A stretch of DNA of 63,994 nucleotides, counting the filler, from Fonticula-like sp. SCN 57-25 (Eukaryota), in NCBI GenBank assembly GCA_001724245.1. It is 4 parts of 4 records of this genome, joined end to end, with 100 filler letters (N's around TTAATTAATTAA, not from the genome) between each part and the next. Parts side by side here need not be neighbours in the genome. Positions count along the whole stretch, not along the records: positions 1 to 18,018 come from MEDX01000111.1; positions 18,119 to 35,845 come from MEDX01000113.1; 2 more parts are not named here. One strand, written 5' to 3'. The notes below the pieces were generated by a model, which was not told where the DNA came from, ran no database searches, and worked only from the letters and a program-made list of their open reading frames with translations. Positions within the stretch are counted from its first letter, which is position 1, and each line of letters begins with the position of its first letter. Shown in pieces: positions 14,401 through 26,111 of this stretch. Both the position numbers and the translations under genes were made by a program.

Positions 14401-15337
14401 ACATGCAGCCTCTACGACGTTGAAGTTTGCATCCTCGAGAATCGACCGAACGGTAGCAATCCAAAAACCAAAGCCAGTGTGCTTCTTGGCCAGCCGCATT
14501 GAATGCTTCAAGGTCTATGCAATACACTGTTGGAAACGAACGAGAAAAAAATGTAGCTATGCGTACCTGGAGCCTTTTAGAGTCGCTAATAAGCGAGTTA
14601 TTGGATATAAGCGCGTAAAGAATGTCTTTAAGAGCGTCAATGATGCCACCCGGAGGCTCGCTCTGACAACCCCAAGCAGAAAGTAAGCGAACCGCGTGTC
14701 AGAACAATAGGGGGAAACGTACAGAAAGCGACTGGGTCGTAAACTCGTCCAGCAACGGCCCTAGCGCGTCAAGCATGGGAATGTAGGTGTCCATGGCGAG
14801 GGTGGACAGTGACTGGAGCAGCGGTAAGAGCAGAATTGAGTATACGCGAGCAGACGGCGGCAAGGTGGAAGCCTTGCTGGCCTGGGAGCTGCTGCCGTCA
14901 TCGATACTTTCCTCGTCCGTATCATCGATGTCTCCATCTTCCGGCTTTTTATCTTTCGTTTCCGGTCGAAACCCATAGAGCGATCTGGCGAGCCGTAGGC
15001 GTCGCTCCCAGAGCCGCTGCAGATAGTCGCTTGGCTGGGTTGCGGCCACAGACGAATACATGCGATCCCAATCTTCCAGCGTTGCTGGTAAGGAAGCTAC
15101 CGCGGCTCGCATTCCCGCACTCTCGGGTGGCGGTGGCGTAATGGCATTGTCATTGGTAAGAGGGATGCCGTAGATCGCTGCCGCCGTCTTGACGAATGGG
15201 AGTGGGACTGAGGTTGTCAGTGATGTCGTGTCGCGGAGCGAATCTAGAGACTGCTGCGTCCAAATAGCCGGGGACTTGGGCATGTAGAAACCGGGGGTCG
15301 GAAAGACATCCCGGAATGCTATGTCTGGCCTCTCCAT
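2481..15337 (-). CDS. Giant HECT E3 ubiquitin ligase (HECTD4/HERC-like; CUB-like modules, SPRY domain, acidic tract, two ZZ zinc fingers, C-terminal HECT), ~15 introns
   Basis: HECT motifs [45 protein letters not shown] (catalytic Cys); ZZ fingers [25 protein letters not shown] and [45 protein letters not shown]. Consecutive minus-strand ORFs are joined in frame by GT-AG introns from ATG 15337 to TGA 2481. Confidence 0.85.
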
Positions 15338-15666
15338 CGCCGCGTCGGATGCAGCCGGCCTCAAATCGAGGTGATGTCTTGCAAGGATTATTGCGGCTTC
15401 ACCGAAGAGGGCGCGTAGTCAAGTGAATATGTATCAGCTAAAATAGGCACCCAAGTGCACCTTGCTGTGGAGGAGGAGGAGGGACCCCAGTGACCCTCCC
15501 TACACAAAGCCTCGCTCGCGTTGGCGTCTGGGGCAGGGCTCCGTCAGGGTTCGGCTCGACTTAGGGTCGAGCTTCGCGCGCCAGCGATTGGCAATTTAGA
15601 TTGCAGTTTGCGTTGCATCGCGATCGAATCCGGATTCACTGGTACCACGCGCGAGGCAAGGCAAGC

Positions 15667-17950
15667 ATGGCAGTGGCAGCGCGCGGCCGGGGACGCGGCC
15701 GTGGTGCCGCGGCGCCATCGCGCGGGCGCGGCGCAGCGCGAGGGGGACGCATTGTGAATGCAATTGTTAGGGCCGGAGGCAAGGAAGGCGAGGCTTCCCA
15801 GAAACAGCGAGCAAGCATGGCGGCGCTCAAGCGCAAGGTACGATCATGCATCTCTACAGGATTGCGCTAATGGGCTTTGCGGCAGATGCTCAATGCGTAT
15901 GAGCATGTTCGCAATGCGGAGGATGGCGAGAGCAGCGGCGACGACGATAGTGAGGACGACGGTAAGCTAAACGCGCCCGATCGCCGCGAACGCCTGCGCG
16001 CTGCTGGGCTTCCGGCCGATGCTGGCGATGACTTTGACGAGGATGAAGAGATCGACGAGGATGCGGCCTTTACAGCGGAAGACGAGGCCAAATACGGCGC
16101 TATGTTGCGTGTATGTGGTTTGTTTAGCGACGCTGTGGTACTGATTCTTTGTCTGTGTGCTGTAGGGCATCAAGCGTGGAAAAGGCCGCGACGACGACGA
16201 CGACGACGACGACGAGAGTGATGAAGAGGGCATTGAGAGTGAACTGGCTCACATGCTGAGGGGAAGTGATGATGATGAAGACGACGATGTTGAGGAGGAC
16301 GACGAGGACGAGGAGGAGGATGGTGAAGATGAGGAGGACGAAAGCGAGGAAGTGGACGACGAAGATGATGTGGGCTCGTCGCACAATCGTCTAATGAACT
16401 TTGTCGACGACCTTGCTGATCGGCCTGCGCGCAAGCGTTCTCGTCGCGATGACGTCACCGAAGCGTTGAACGAGTCGGAGGCGAATGTTTCGTCACGCGA
16501 GAAGCTGCAGCTTGCCGATCTTTTGTCGAGTGCTTCGTCGCTGCAGGGCGCTGCCTCGCTCAAGCACCAGGCTGCTCTGCTCGGTCGCCTTCCGGGCGCT
16601 ATGTCTGCCCCTCAGCCACGCCGTATCCAGGAACGGACTGATCGCACGGAAGCGTATACCCATGCCAAGGAAGAGGTTGGCCGCTGGGACTCGTTTGTGA
16701 AGCGTCACCGCCAGAGTGACCAGCTCCAGTTCCCTCTCGGTGTGCCCTCTCGGCCGGCAAACGTCACAACCCAGTCGCTTGCGACCACGCTGCGGCCCGA
16801 AGGTGACCTCGAGCTTGAAGTCGCGGCGATCCTTGAGGCGTCCGGCTACGGCGACCAGCGGGCGGCTGCCGACATTGAGCTTGCCCAGCTACAGCAGCTC
16901 ACGCCCATCGAAATTGAGCAGCGTCAGCAGGAGCTCTCCAAGAACCGCGCTCTGTTGTTTTCGCACGAGCTCAAGGCCAAGCGCATTGCAAAGATCAAGA
17001 GTAAAGATTATCACCGGCATCTCAAGAAGGAGCGCGTGCGGAAGGAGAAGGCGCTGCTTGAGGGCATGGAGGACGGCGAGGCTATGGATCCTGCGCGTGC
17101 GCAAAAGGCCGAACTCGACCGCATTCAGGAGCGCATGTCTCTTCGTCACAAGTCTACCGGCAAGTGGGCGCGGAACGCCTCCAAAATGGCTAGTAAGAAC
17201 TCTTCCATTCGCGACGCCCTTAGCGACCAGCACCGCATTGCGTCTTCGCTGACGCAAAAGAACGAGAATCAAGATGACGAGGAGGACGATGGCGATGATG
17301 ACGAAAGCGCCGACAAGGAGGCCGCGTCGCTTGCTGCGGCGGCAGCCGCCCTCGCGGCAGCTCAGCGTCGCGCAAAGTCCCGCGCTCCGATCGTTCCCCG
17401 TAGCTTTGCCGTTCTTCCTGACGAGATGACGCTGGACCCGTCGGCGGCAGGCGCGCCTGCCCGGAAGGGTATTGTTTTGACGCAGAGCGACCTCGTCGCG
17501 CGCGCTTTCGAGTCGGATATGGATGTTTTGGAGAAGGACTTTTACGATGAGAAGAGCATGGAAGTGGAGGCCGGCCTTCCGGTGCTCGAGGACCACACGG
17601 TTCCGGGCTGGGGCTCCTGGGGAGGCCAAGGGGCGGCCGCGCCGCGTGGTCCTTCGGAGCGGGCTCGCAGGGAGCACGCCGAGGCACGGAAGCAGGCCGC
17701 TGACAAGAGAGCCGACGCCAAGCTCAAGCACGTCATCATTAACGAGAAGCGCAATACCAAGGTCGAGGCCAAGTACGCCGTCAAGAAGGTTCCTTTCCCG
17801 TATCAGAGCAAGGCGCAGTACGAGAGGTCCCTCGACATGCCCGCAGGAAAGGACTGGAACACGGTCGAGACGTTCCAGAAGGCGACCAAGCCGCGGGTCC
17901 TCTCCAAGGCGGGCACCATCATCGCACCGCCGACCAAGCCCACCCAGTAG
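15667..17950 (+). CDS. UTP14: U3 snoRNA-associated protein 14 (SSU processome), 2 introns
   Basis: ELKAKRIAKIKSKDYHR, RIQERMSLRHKSTGKWA, VPGWGSWGG, HVIINEK, VPFPYQSKAQYERSLDMPAGKDWN; RG-rich N-terminus. Confidence 0.93.
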
Positions 17951-18018
17951 GTCTCTTATGCGTTCCTTATCGTGTACATATGTTGTCTCCTTGCATTGTA
18001 TGCCTCTTTCTGACAATA

Positions 18019-18118
18019 NNNNNNNNNNNNNNNNNNNNNNNNNNNNNNNNNNNNNNNNNNNNTTAATTAATTAANNNNNNNNNNNNNNNNNNNNNNNNNN
18101 NNNNNNNNNNNNNNNNNN
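18019..18118. other. Artificial contig-join spacer
   Basis: N44-TTAATTAATTAA-N44; stops in all six frames; identical at three places in the window. Confidence 0.97.
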
Positions 18119-18739
18119 GCATTGTTGATGCCGGCGGCGGTGGGGAGGCAGCTGCTGCCCACTCCAGTGCAGGCAGAGCCCCACGCAACGTCGCCATAGG
18201 ACTCGGGATCCATAACAACCTCACATAATTCAACCGCAGAAGGCACAAACTTGATGTAATACGTCTCCTCGACATCTGGCGAGGAATCGCTCGGCACCAT
18301 CGTGATCGTAATCTGGTACACGCCGGTCGTCAAAGGAACAATTCCGAGCGTCGCCGAATGCGGAGCAAACAAATAGTACTCGTTCGAAGACGTATAGTCA
18401 AAGCTTTCGCTGAACTGAAGAGTGCAGCCCGATAACGAATCGTCGCACATGGAAACGGCCACCGACAGCGGCTGCCCCGATTCGGCGCCGTTCAGCAGCA
18501 GAGTGTGCACGTTAAAGTTCTCGGGGGCCATTACGGCATTGATGACATTGTAGGTCTGGTCTGACACCGAACCTATAGAGATGGTGCCGGCATAGGCATT
18601 CAGAAACGCTTGTGGCGCTGCAAAGGGCGATCGTTAGGCGACACGTTGGGCATGCAGCTCCAGGCGTACCTGCAAGGGCGCCATGCGATGCCCATATGGC
18701 GGTCAGCAGTAGCAGGCAGGCCGCATATCTGCCCTTCAT
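18119..18739 (-). CDS. Secreted or cell-surface protein, N-terminal fragment (truncated by contig end), 1 intron
   Basis: Signal-peptide-like MKGRYAACLLLLTAIWASHGALA, then a GTACGC..CAG intron, then a beta-rich open frame running into the spacer. Confidence 0.7.
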
Positions 18740-19020
18740 TGTGGCCGCCAAGCCCGCTGCCTGGATATCAGGCACTCAAGCTACGCAGGCCCCAGCGAGA
18801 GGGCAGATCAGAGATCTGATCAAGGGAGGGCGTTTGCCGGGAACTGGCGGGGAGGCCACACGTTTGCCGCAGTTTGCACAGGGAACTCCACGATAACAAA
18901 AGATCGACATTCCGATCTGCCAATCAAATTAACACATCGAGGAAAATTACCGAAAAAAACAGTCATCGTTTCCGTTCATTGCCGGTTGTCACCGTCGACA
19001 GCCCTGCACATCCGGTAGCC

Positions 19021-22000
19021 ATGGGCGGTCGGGTCGGCGTGCTCGCGCTGGTCATAGCCACGGCGCTCGCGCTGGTGGCGGCGGCTCAAGGGCAGGCAGC
19101 GCTTTCGAACCAGTATCGGCCTGCTGTGCTTGCCGAGCTCCGTACGCAGTGGCGCGTGTCGTCCCTGCTTGCAGAGGGAGTAGAGTACTTTGCCAAGGTG
19201 GGGCAGCTGTGGCCGCTCGTGGATGACTTGTGCGAAACCCCGCTTGTCTCTACCGCTACAGATGTCGAGATATATGAGCGTCTTGCTGGGTTTGCCCAGG
19301 CTCGCTTGAAGAAGCCGGAAGCATCGCTGCTCGGTCTCGTCCTGGGCGAACGGACCAACGCGCCCCTCGTTGCCGCCCATACCCAGATCGGCAAGGAGCT
19401 GAGAGGGTACGCATATTGTTTAATAGAGTGTTGTGCTCACAGTATATGATAGCTCGTGTTCAGGCGGCCTTTTTCTGGTGAGCGAGGCGGGGACGGCGTG
19501 CTCTACCGGCGAGCTTGATCGCCTGCTTGTTCAAACGGGCGACATTGACGAAAAGTGCGTCTGGGTGGATGTCTATTCAGCAGGGCGCTAACTGGTTGCC
19601 TTAGCTTGGTGTTTGATCGACTTGCAGTGCCGTTCCCGAATGCGTCGCCCTCGAGCCCCATTGTTCGTCTCTTCGCCGAGATCGGCACGCAAGAGTTTTG
19701 CCAGGCACACAAGCTCATGGTCCAGCACCATGAAGCCGGCAAGCTCCGCTATCTCTTGTTCAACACTGTTTTGGACAAGGAAGTTGCGGTGGACTCGGAC
19801 GATTTGCTCGTGTCTGGCTATGGTGTTGAGCTCGCGGTGAAGAGCACCGAATACAAGGTGATTGACGAGCAGGCGGCGGCCGATGCTGGCGCCCATGTTG
19901 AGGAGCGCCCGTACGTGCCCGAGCCGGGTGAAACAAGCGCGCTCCCCCTTCCGGGCCGCGTCGAAAAGCTCCCCGAGGAGGCGCTGGAGGCCTTTGAGTT
20001 CAAGGCGGCGACCTACATTGCAGAGAGCAGCGACCCGCTGCAGGCGATGGCCTACGTATCGCAAAACTTGCCGTCGCTCGCGGCGTCAATAGCCAATTTG
20101 ACATTTGCTTCGGATGAGATCTATAATGGTACCGACATCTCATGGGTGGGTTTTTAGCTAACCGCGCCTGCCAGATATTCGTAAACGCGTGTATTATACT
20201 CATGGTGCCATGATGCTGATCAACGGCATGCGCATTGATGCCAGCAGTATCGACGAAATGAACACTCATTCGTACGCGCACTTTTCCCTTAGACCTTTGT
20301 CACTCATGCTTTTGTCTTTCAGGCTGATTGAGGTCCTCGAGGCTGAGGCGCGTCGCATCCAGTTCCTCGTGGACACTGGCATGAGCATTTCAGAGGCGAA
20401 TGCCTACCTCGTCTCCAGCGTGAGCTCGAGGGTCGCGCCCGAGCAGCCCGTCGTTGATGTGAGGTCGGATTTCATGATGTATTTGAATGATCTGGAGACC
20501 GAGCCGCAGTACGCCCGCATGGGCTCCTTGAGAGATGTGCGGATTAAAGTTTTTGCCCGCGTGCTGCTGACTTTTCGGGTAGGTTCTGCAACCGGCCTAC
20601 CCCGGATCGCTCCGGTACATTCGCAAGAACCTGGTCACTATTGTGTTTGCCCTGGACGTGCTCGACAGCGCGCAGGCCGAGCACCTCCTGCGCATGCTCC
20701 AGATTATTAACCGCCACGTCCCGCTCCGGATTGCGCTCGTCCTCCTCGACTCTGATGTACGTCCCGACCCTTGTCACCGCAGTATCTAACCTCTTTTCTT
20801 TTCTGCTAGGCGTCTGTGAACCGCGCGGCTATTGACCAGGGCGTGCCTGGCTCGAGCGTCTCGCTTCAGCTCGGCAATGCGGTGGCGCACATTTTGCGGG
20901 CCCATGGCATGCAGCCCGCGCGCCGCTTCCTGCAGAGCGTCCTCGAGCAGGGCCTTGCGAGCCAGTCGGTGCTGACGACCGACATGCTCGCCGAGGCGTA
21001 CCCTGGCGACTGGAGCGCGGTTGAAAAGGCGCTCGCACCAGAGTACATTGCGCTGCTGTCTGAGATGACCGGCAAGGGCGTCCACGCAGGATGCTACTTT
21101 GTGAACGGCCGTTACGCTACCTTGGATTCGGTGCGGACATGAATATTGATTGTGGCTGCTTGCTTACGCAGAGTAGAACTGGGAGCGCATCACCATGGGG
21201 ATTTACGGGCGCCAGATTGCCGACATTCAAGCCCGCGTCTCTCGTCGCTTGATTGGCAACAATGACAATGTCTATGACCTCCAGTACACGTGGGCGGGAA
21301 AGACCTTCCACGGCGTGTCGCGCCTCGCCTTCCAGCCGACCGTGACTTTCACCCCGCTTCCGTTCGCGGTCCTCTCCTCCCTGCCGTACATTTCCCAGGC
21401 GTCTGATAAGGCGCACGAGTCGGTCGTCCTGATTGTGGGCCGCCTGACGCCGCGCGCCGTCGAGACGGCCGTCACCTTTGCCACCGAGATTTCGTCGACC
21501 GCCCGCGTGTCCTTTGTCGACACCGATCCCCGCTCGCCCCTGATGCGCCTTCTCTGGCGCATCCAGAAGACTTCGTCGGCGGTGGTCGGCGACGATGTCG
21601 AGCGACTTTACGGCGCTATCTCGTACGCCAGGGGATGTTTGGTGGCGTTTTGCTAACGAGTACTATGTAGTGGTGAGGAGAAGATCGATCTGTCTGCCAG
21701 TGAAGAGGTCGAGTTTGCCGCGTGGCTCTCTTCTCTGTACGCGCTTGTTCCCGAGGACGCCGCGGCGGATTCCATTTCCGCTATTGTGAACGGCCGCGTC
21801 TTTGGCCCCGCCACCTCCTTTGAGGTGATTGATCTCGAGATGGCCGAAACGGTCGAGCTGGCGTGGCGCTCTCTGGACCGCTCGCTCATGCCGCCGACGC
21901 TGCTTTCGAAGCTGACGCGCGACGCGCTCCCGCTGGCGGCCGCGTCACTGTCCTCCGTTGTGTTTGGGTCGCCGTCGCGCGTCGACAAGACGGACCACGG

Positions 22001-23723
22001 GTACCTTGCTTCGGTGTATGGCGCATCTGAGGAAGACGCCGTGTTCCACATCACGCTCGTGGCCGACCCCCTGGCCAAGTCGACGCAGGTGTCGAGCGGC
22101 GCTCTTCTGCTGCTGCGCGACAGCACGCCGTCACGCGTGTACCTGCGCATCCTCCCGCTCGCGGCGAACGAGATCCACAACCGCTACTACCGCTACGTGT
22201 CGCGCGGCAGCGACCTGTCTCGCCGCGCGGTCGCTCGCTTTGGCAACCTGCCGTCCAACCTGCTGCTCACGCTGGGCCTCGACGTCCCGCAGCCGTGGCT
22301 GGTCGCGCAGTCGGAGGCCGCGCGCGACATGGACAACATCCGCATGGTGCCGTCAGAGGGCGACGCCGTGGCGCGGCTGCGGCTTAACAACCTCGTGGTG
22401 GAGGGCCAGTGCTACGACGGCTTTGGCAACCCGCCGCGCGGCCTGCAGATTACGCTGACGCCGCCGCTGCCCGCCCGCGCGGACCAGGCCATGGACGACA
22501 CCATCGTCATGGCCAACCTCGGCTACTTTCAGCTGCAGGCGACGCCTGGCGTGTGGGGCATCCGCATCCGCAGCGGCCGCTCGTCGAGCGTCTACTCGAT
22601 GACGAGCCCCGACGGTTGGCAGCCGGTCTTTGTCACGGCCTATGTGACGAGCGCGGCGCAGGTGCGCGTGCAGAAGCGCCCCGGCATGGAGGCCGAGGAC
22701 GTGCTGGCGCCGCCGACGGACGAGGCTGAGGAGGAGGCCGAGGAGACCAAGGAGAAGGCGGGTATTTGGGGGTCCATCCGTGGGATGGTCGGCGGCAAGG
22801 GCGACAAGGGGCGGGGCAAGATCCGCACGGCCAGCGTGAGCAAGGACGGCTCCACGACCGTGCACGTCTTTTCGGTCGCGTCGGGCCACCTCTACGAGCG
22901 CTTCCTGCGCCTCATGATGCTCAGCGTGATGCGGAGCACCGAGTCGCCGGTCAAATTTTGGTTCATCAAAAACTTTTTGTCCCCTCAGTTCACCGAGACG
23001 CTGCCGCTCCTGTCCGAGCACTATGGCTTTGAGTACGAGCTCGTGACGTACAAGTGGCCCGTGTGGCTTCGCTCGCAGACCGAGAAGCAGCGGACCATCT
23101 GGGGCTACAAGATCCTCTTCCTGGACGTGATCTTTCCGCTTGACCTCGAAAAGGTCATTTTTGTGGACGCTGACCAGATCGTGCGCGGCGACCTCGCCGA
23201 GCTGATGCGCATGGACCTGCAGGGCGCGCCTTATGGCTACGTTCCGTTCTGCGACAGCCGCAAGGAGACGGACGGCTTCCGCTTCTGGCGCGGCGGGTGG
23301 TGGTCCGGCCACCTCCAGGGCAAGCCCTACCACATCAGCGCGCTCTACGTCATCGACCTCGTGCGCTTCCGGCAGCTCGCCGCCGGCGACCAGCTGCGCC
23401 AGCACTACCAGGCGCTCTCCAGCGACCCTGGCTCCCTCGCCAACCTCGACCAGGACCTCCCCAACCACATCCAGCACTACGTGCCCATCTTTTCGCTCCC
23501 GCAAGAGTGGCTCTGGTGCGAGACGTGGTGCTCGGACGAGTCGCTCGCGGTTGCAAAGACCATCGACCTCTGCAACAACCCGCTCACAAAGGAGCCCAAG
23601 CTGCAGGTCGCGCAGCGACTCCTCCCAGAGTGGGCTGTGTACGATCAAGAGATCCGCCAGGTGCTCGAGGAGGGCGCCAACGAGACTGAAGAGCACGCAA
23701 CGCGCGAGCGCAATGAACTGTAA
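19021..23723 (+). CDS. UGGT: UDP-glucose:glycoprotein glucosyltransferase (GT24), ~8 introns
   Basis: Signal peptide; VSGYGVELAVKSTEYKVID; DTIVMANLGYFQL; HVFSVASGHLYERF; WGYKILFLDVIFPL; VDADQ; NLDQDLPN; WCETWC; C-terminal RNEL (KDEL/HDEL-like retrieval signal). Confidence 0.96.
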
Positions 23724-23812
23724 GGCTGATTTCCTTTTGATTGTTGTATCAAAATCTCTCAAGAATAATAAATTTGACGCATGGTACAGTACAAAATGAG
23801 CAAGCGCGGCGA

Positions 23813-24979
23813 TTAGTGCGGATACGGGCCGCCAAACTGCTGCTGCTGCGGTGGCTGCTGTGGCGCGCCTGGTGCGCCAGGATGCATCGCGACATTGCCG
23901 GGGTACGGCTGGTTCGGCGGGTACTGCATGTACTGCTGCTGCGGGTACCCCTGGTTATGGCCCTGCGGCGGCGGTCCTTGCAGCGGTCCTTGCGGCGGCG
24001 GTCCCTGGTGCCCTTGTGGCGGCCCTTGAAGCCCCTGCGGCGGACCTTGGTAGCTCTGCGGTGGGCCCTGGTGCACTGGCGAGGGGCCTCCCTGCTGCGG
24101 GGGCATCTGGTAGTTTTGCGGCCGCTGCTGCTGGTGCATGTGCTGCTGCTGCTGCTGCTGCGGTTCCTTGGGCGGTCCCGACGGAGGCATCGCACCGTAT
24201 TGTGGCATCTGCTGTTGAGGCTGCTGCTGAGGCTGCTGAGGAGATGGCGCCGGGCGGGGAGAAGGGTACGCTCCGGGCGGCGTCTGCAGCTGCTTTGGCT
24301 GGTCAGCCTGCTTGGTCGCGCCCGTCCCGCCAATAAACTCTTGCATGTCCTCGCGGGAAAGCGGCTTTGTCTGCGGCACAGCCGCCACTGGCGTGGGCGC
24401 CGGGGCCGGCTCGGCCGCCGCGGTGCTCGCGGGAGCCGACTTGGCCTTGGCCGGCCTCTGGTCGAGCGCCTCGATCAGCTTGTCCAGTTGGGAGCGGAGA
24501 TCCGCCAGCGTCTTCTTCAGCTTCCCGTCGTCGTCCTCAAGGCCGAGAAGCTGTGAGGTTCCGATGCGCGGAACTGGCAGCACCTCCTTGTCGTACACAA
24601 CAATGCGCAGCACCGGTGTGTCCTCTAGTGCGTTCGTAATGTCTACCGAATCGAGAATTGTCACAAGATCGCCCTCTGCGCGGCAAACTCGGTCAGCTTT
24701 GACAACAAAAAGATATAAAGGGACGGACCAGAGTCTCTGTACTTTAAGATCAAATTGGACACGTTGCTCGAGAGGCGGTCGCGGAAGAGGCGGTGCATCA
24801 TGAAGCAGAGCTCATCAAACGTCAGCTCCTACAAACGCGCCGCTGTCAGCACCCAAAAGAAGAGGCAATAGAAAAGGGCCCAATATAAAAACACATACTC
24901 TGTTAAACGCGGTAATGCGGCGAATGTCCTCCTCGCAGGACGCCTTGATCGACAGCGCGGTAGACATTGACGCAGCCAT
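23813..24979 (-). CDS. TFG: TFG-like protein (PB1 + coiled coil + P/Q/G-rich disordered tail), 2 introns
   Basis: Spliced N-terminus IKASCEEDIRRITAFNRELTFDELCFMMHRLF..LKYRDSEGDLVTILDS matches the TFG-type PB1 domain; it is followed by a coiled coil (LKKTLADLRSQLDKLIEALD) and a PQ-rich tail. Confidence 0.85.
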
Positions 24980-25200
24980 GATGATGATTGCCGTCGCGTC
25001 ACACCCCCTGCTGCAGGATATGGCCACGTGGATGTATTCAGGGTCCAAGCAGGTCGAGGTCTAATATGGGTACCAAGGCAGCGTTGAATATAGTTATGCC
25101 CACACTGCTGCTATTGAAAACGATAAAGAAAAGGCCCAAATAATAATGAACTATCCAGCAATGTGTATTAAATATGTACAAAAGAAGACGCGATGACCGA

Positions 25201-25892
25201 CTAGTCCACGTCTGCTGACGAGCTCGCGCCACCATTGTCGGCCTCCTCTGTCTCCTCCTCGTCGTCGTCGTCGTCGGCCACAATCGTCACCTTCAGCGAC
25301 GACTCGTAGCGAGGGTCATCGGGCAATATGAGCTCTACTTCTGGCTTGGCCGAGATCGGCTTGACGCCCAAGGTCGCAAAGTACTCGACCAGCTCTGTCA
25401 GCTCGCTATCCGTCGCAGCGTCGGCCGCCTGCAACAGCAAAAGATATCAGAAAGAGTTCAACAATACTTCAAAGAAAAGCAGCAAGAAAGCGAGTCACAG
25501 AGGCCGGGGATGGTAGAAATATTGAACAGTGCGCACATTCAAGCCGTCATCATTGACCGCAGCTGGATCCGCGCCGTTCTCGATGAGGAGCTTTGCACAC
25601 TCTACCGTCTCGCATACATGGAGAGGACGGTCGCCGTCCGGGTCGGCGAAGGAGGCGTCGGCTCCCTTGGAGAGGAGAAAGCGGGCCAGATCAGCATGGC
25701 CGTAGCTCACGGCGGCGGCACTGCGGGCCACATGAGCAACATCACTCGCGGGGGCAAGGATAGAGAGTGAATGGCGTACATCGGCGTGTAGCCGTTCTCG
25801 TCAGCTGTGTTGACATCAACGCCGTTCTCTAGAAACTGCTTCACCGCCTCAATGTCGTTGTCGCTCGCGGCGATCCAAATGTTCTCAACCAT
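25201..25892 (-). CDS. Small ankyrin-repeat protein with acidic tail (yeast YCR051W-like)
   Basis: NIWIAASDND..GVDVNTADENGYTP..AAVSYGH..LLSKGAD..DPDGDRPLHVCE; short introns separate the ORF pieces. Confidence 0.82.
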
Positions 25893-26111
25893 GATGTCGG
25901 CCAGATCACTCGCAGTGGATGCAAAGTGAAATCAAGTTTTCATATCAGTTGGTTCATATCGTACATCAAACTTACTACAAAATACAAAAATACGGTGTAC
26001 AGCAGGTGTACAGCAACACTATTCACATGCAAATAAAGCGGGCGGCGCGTATCCATTTAGCGCGGCCTGTTCATATGAAGGGAAACGACACAATATGTAA
26101 GACATATTTGT

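Noticed and set aside
22353-23762. Long antisense ORFs (469 aa here; also 44779-46152, 49256-50791 and 16889-18016)
   Set aside because: They are shadows of GC3-rich sense genes and show no recognisable motifs.
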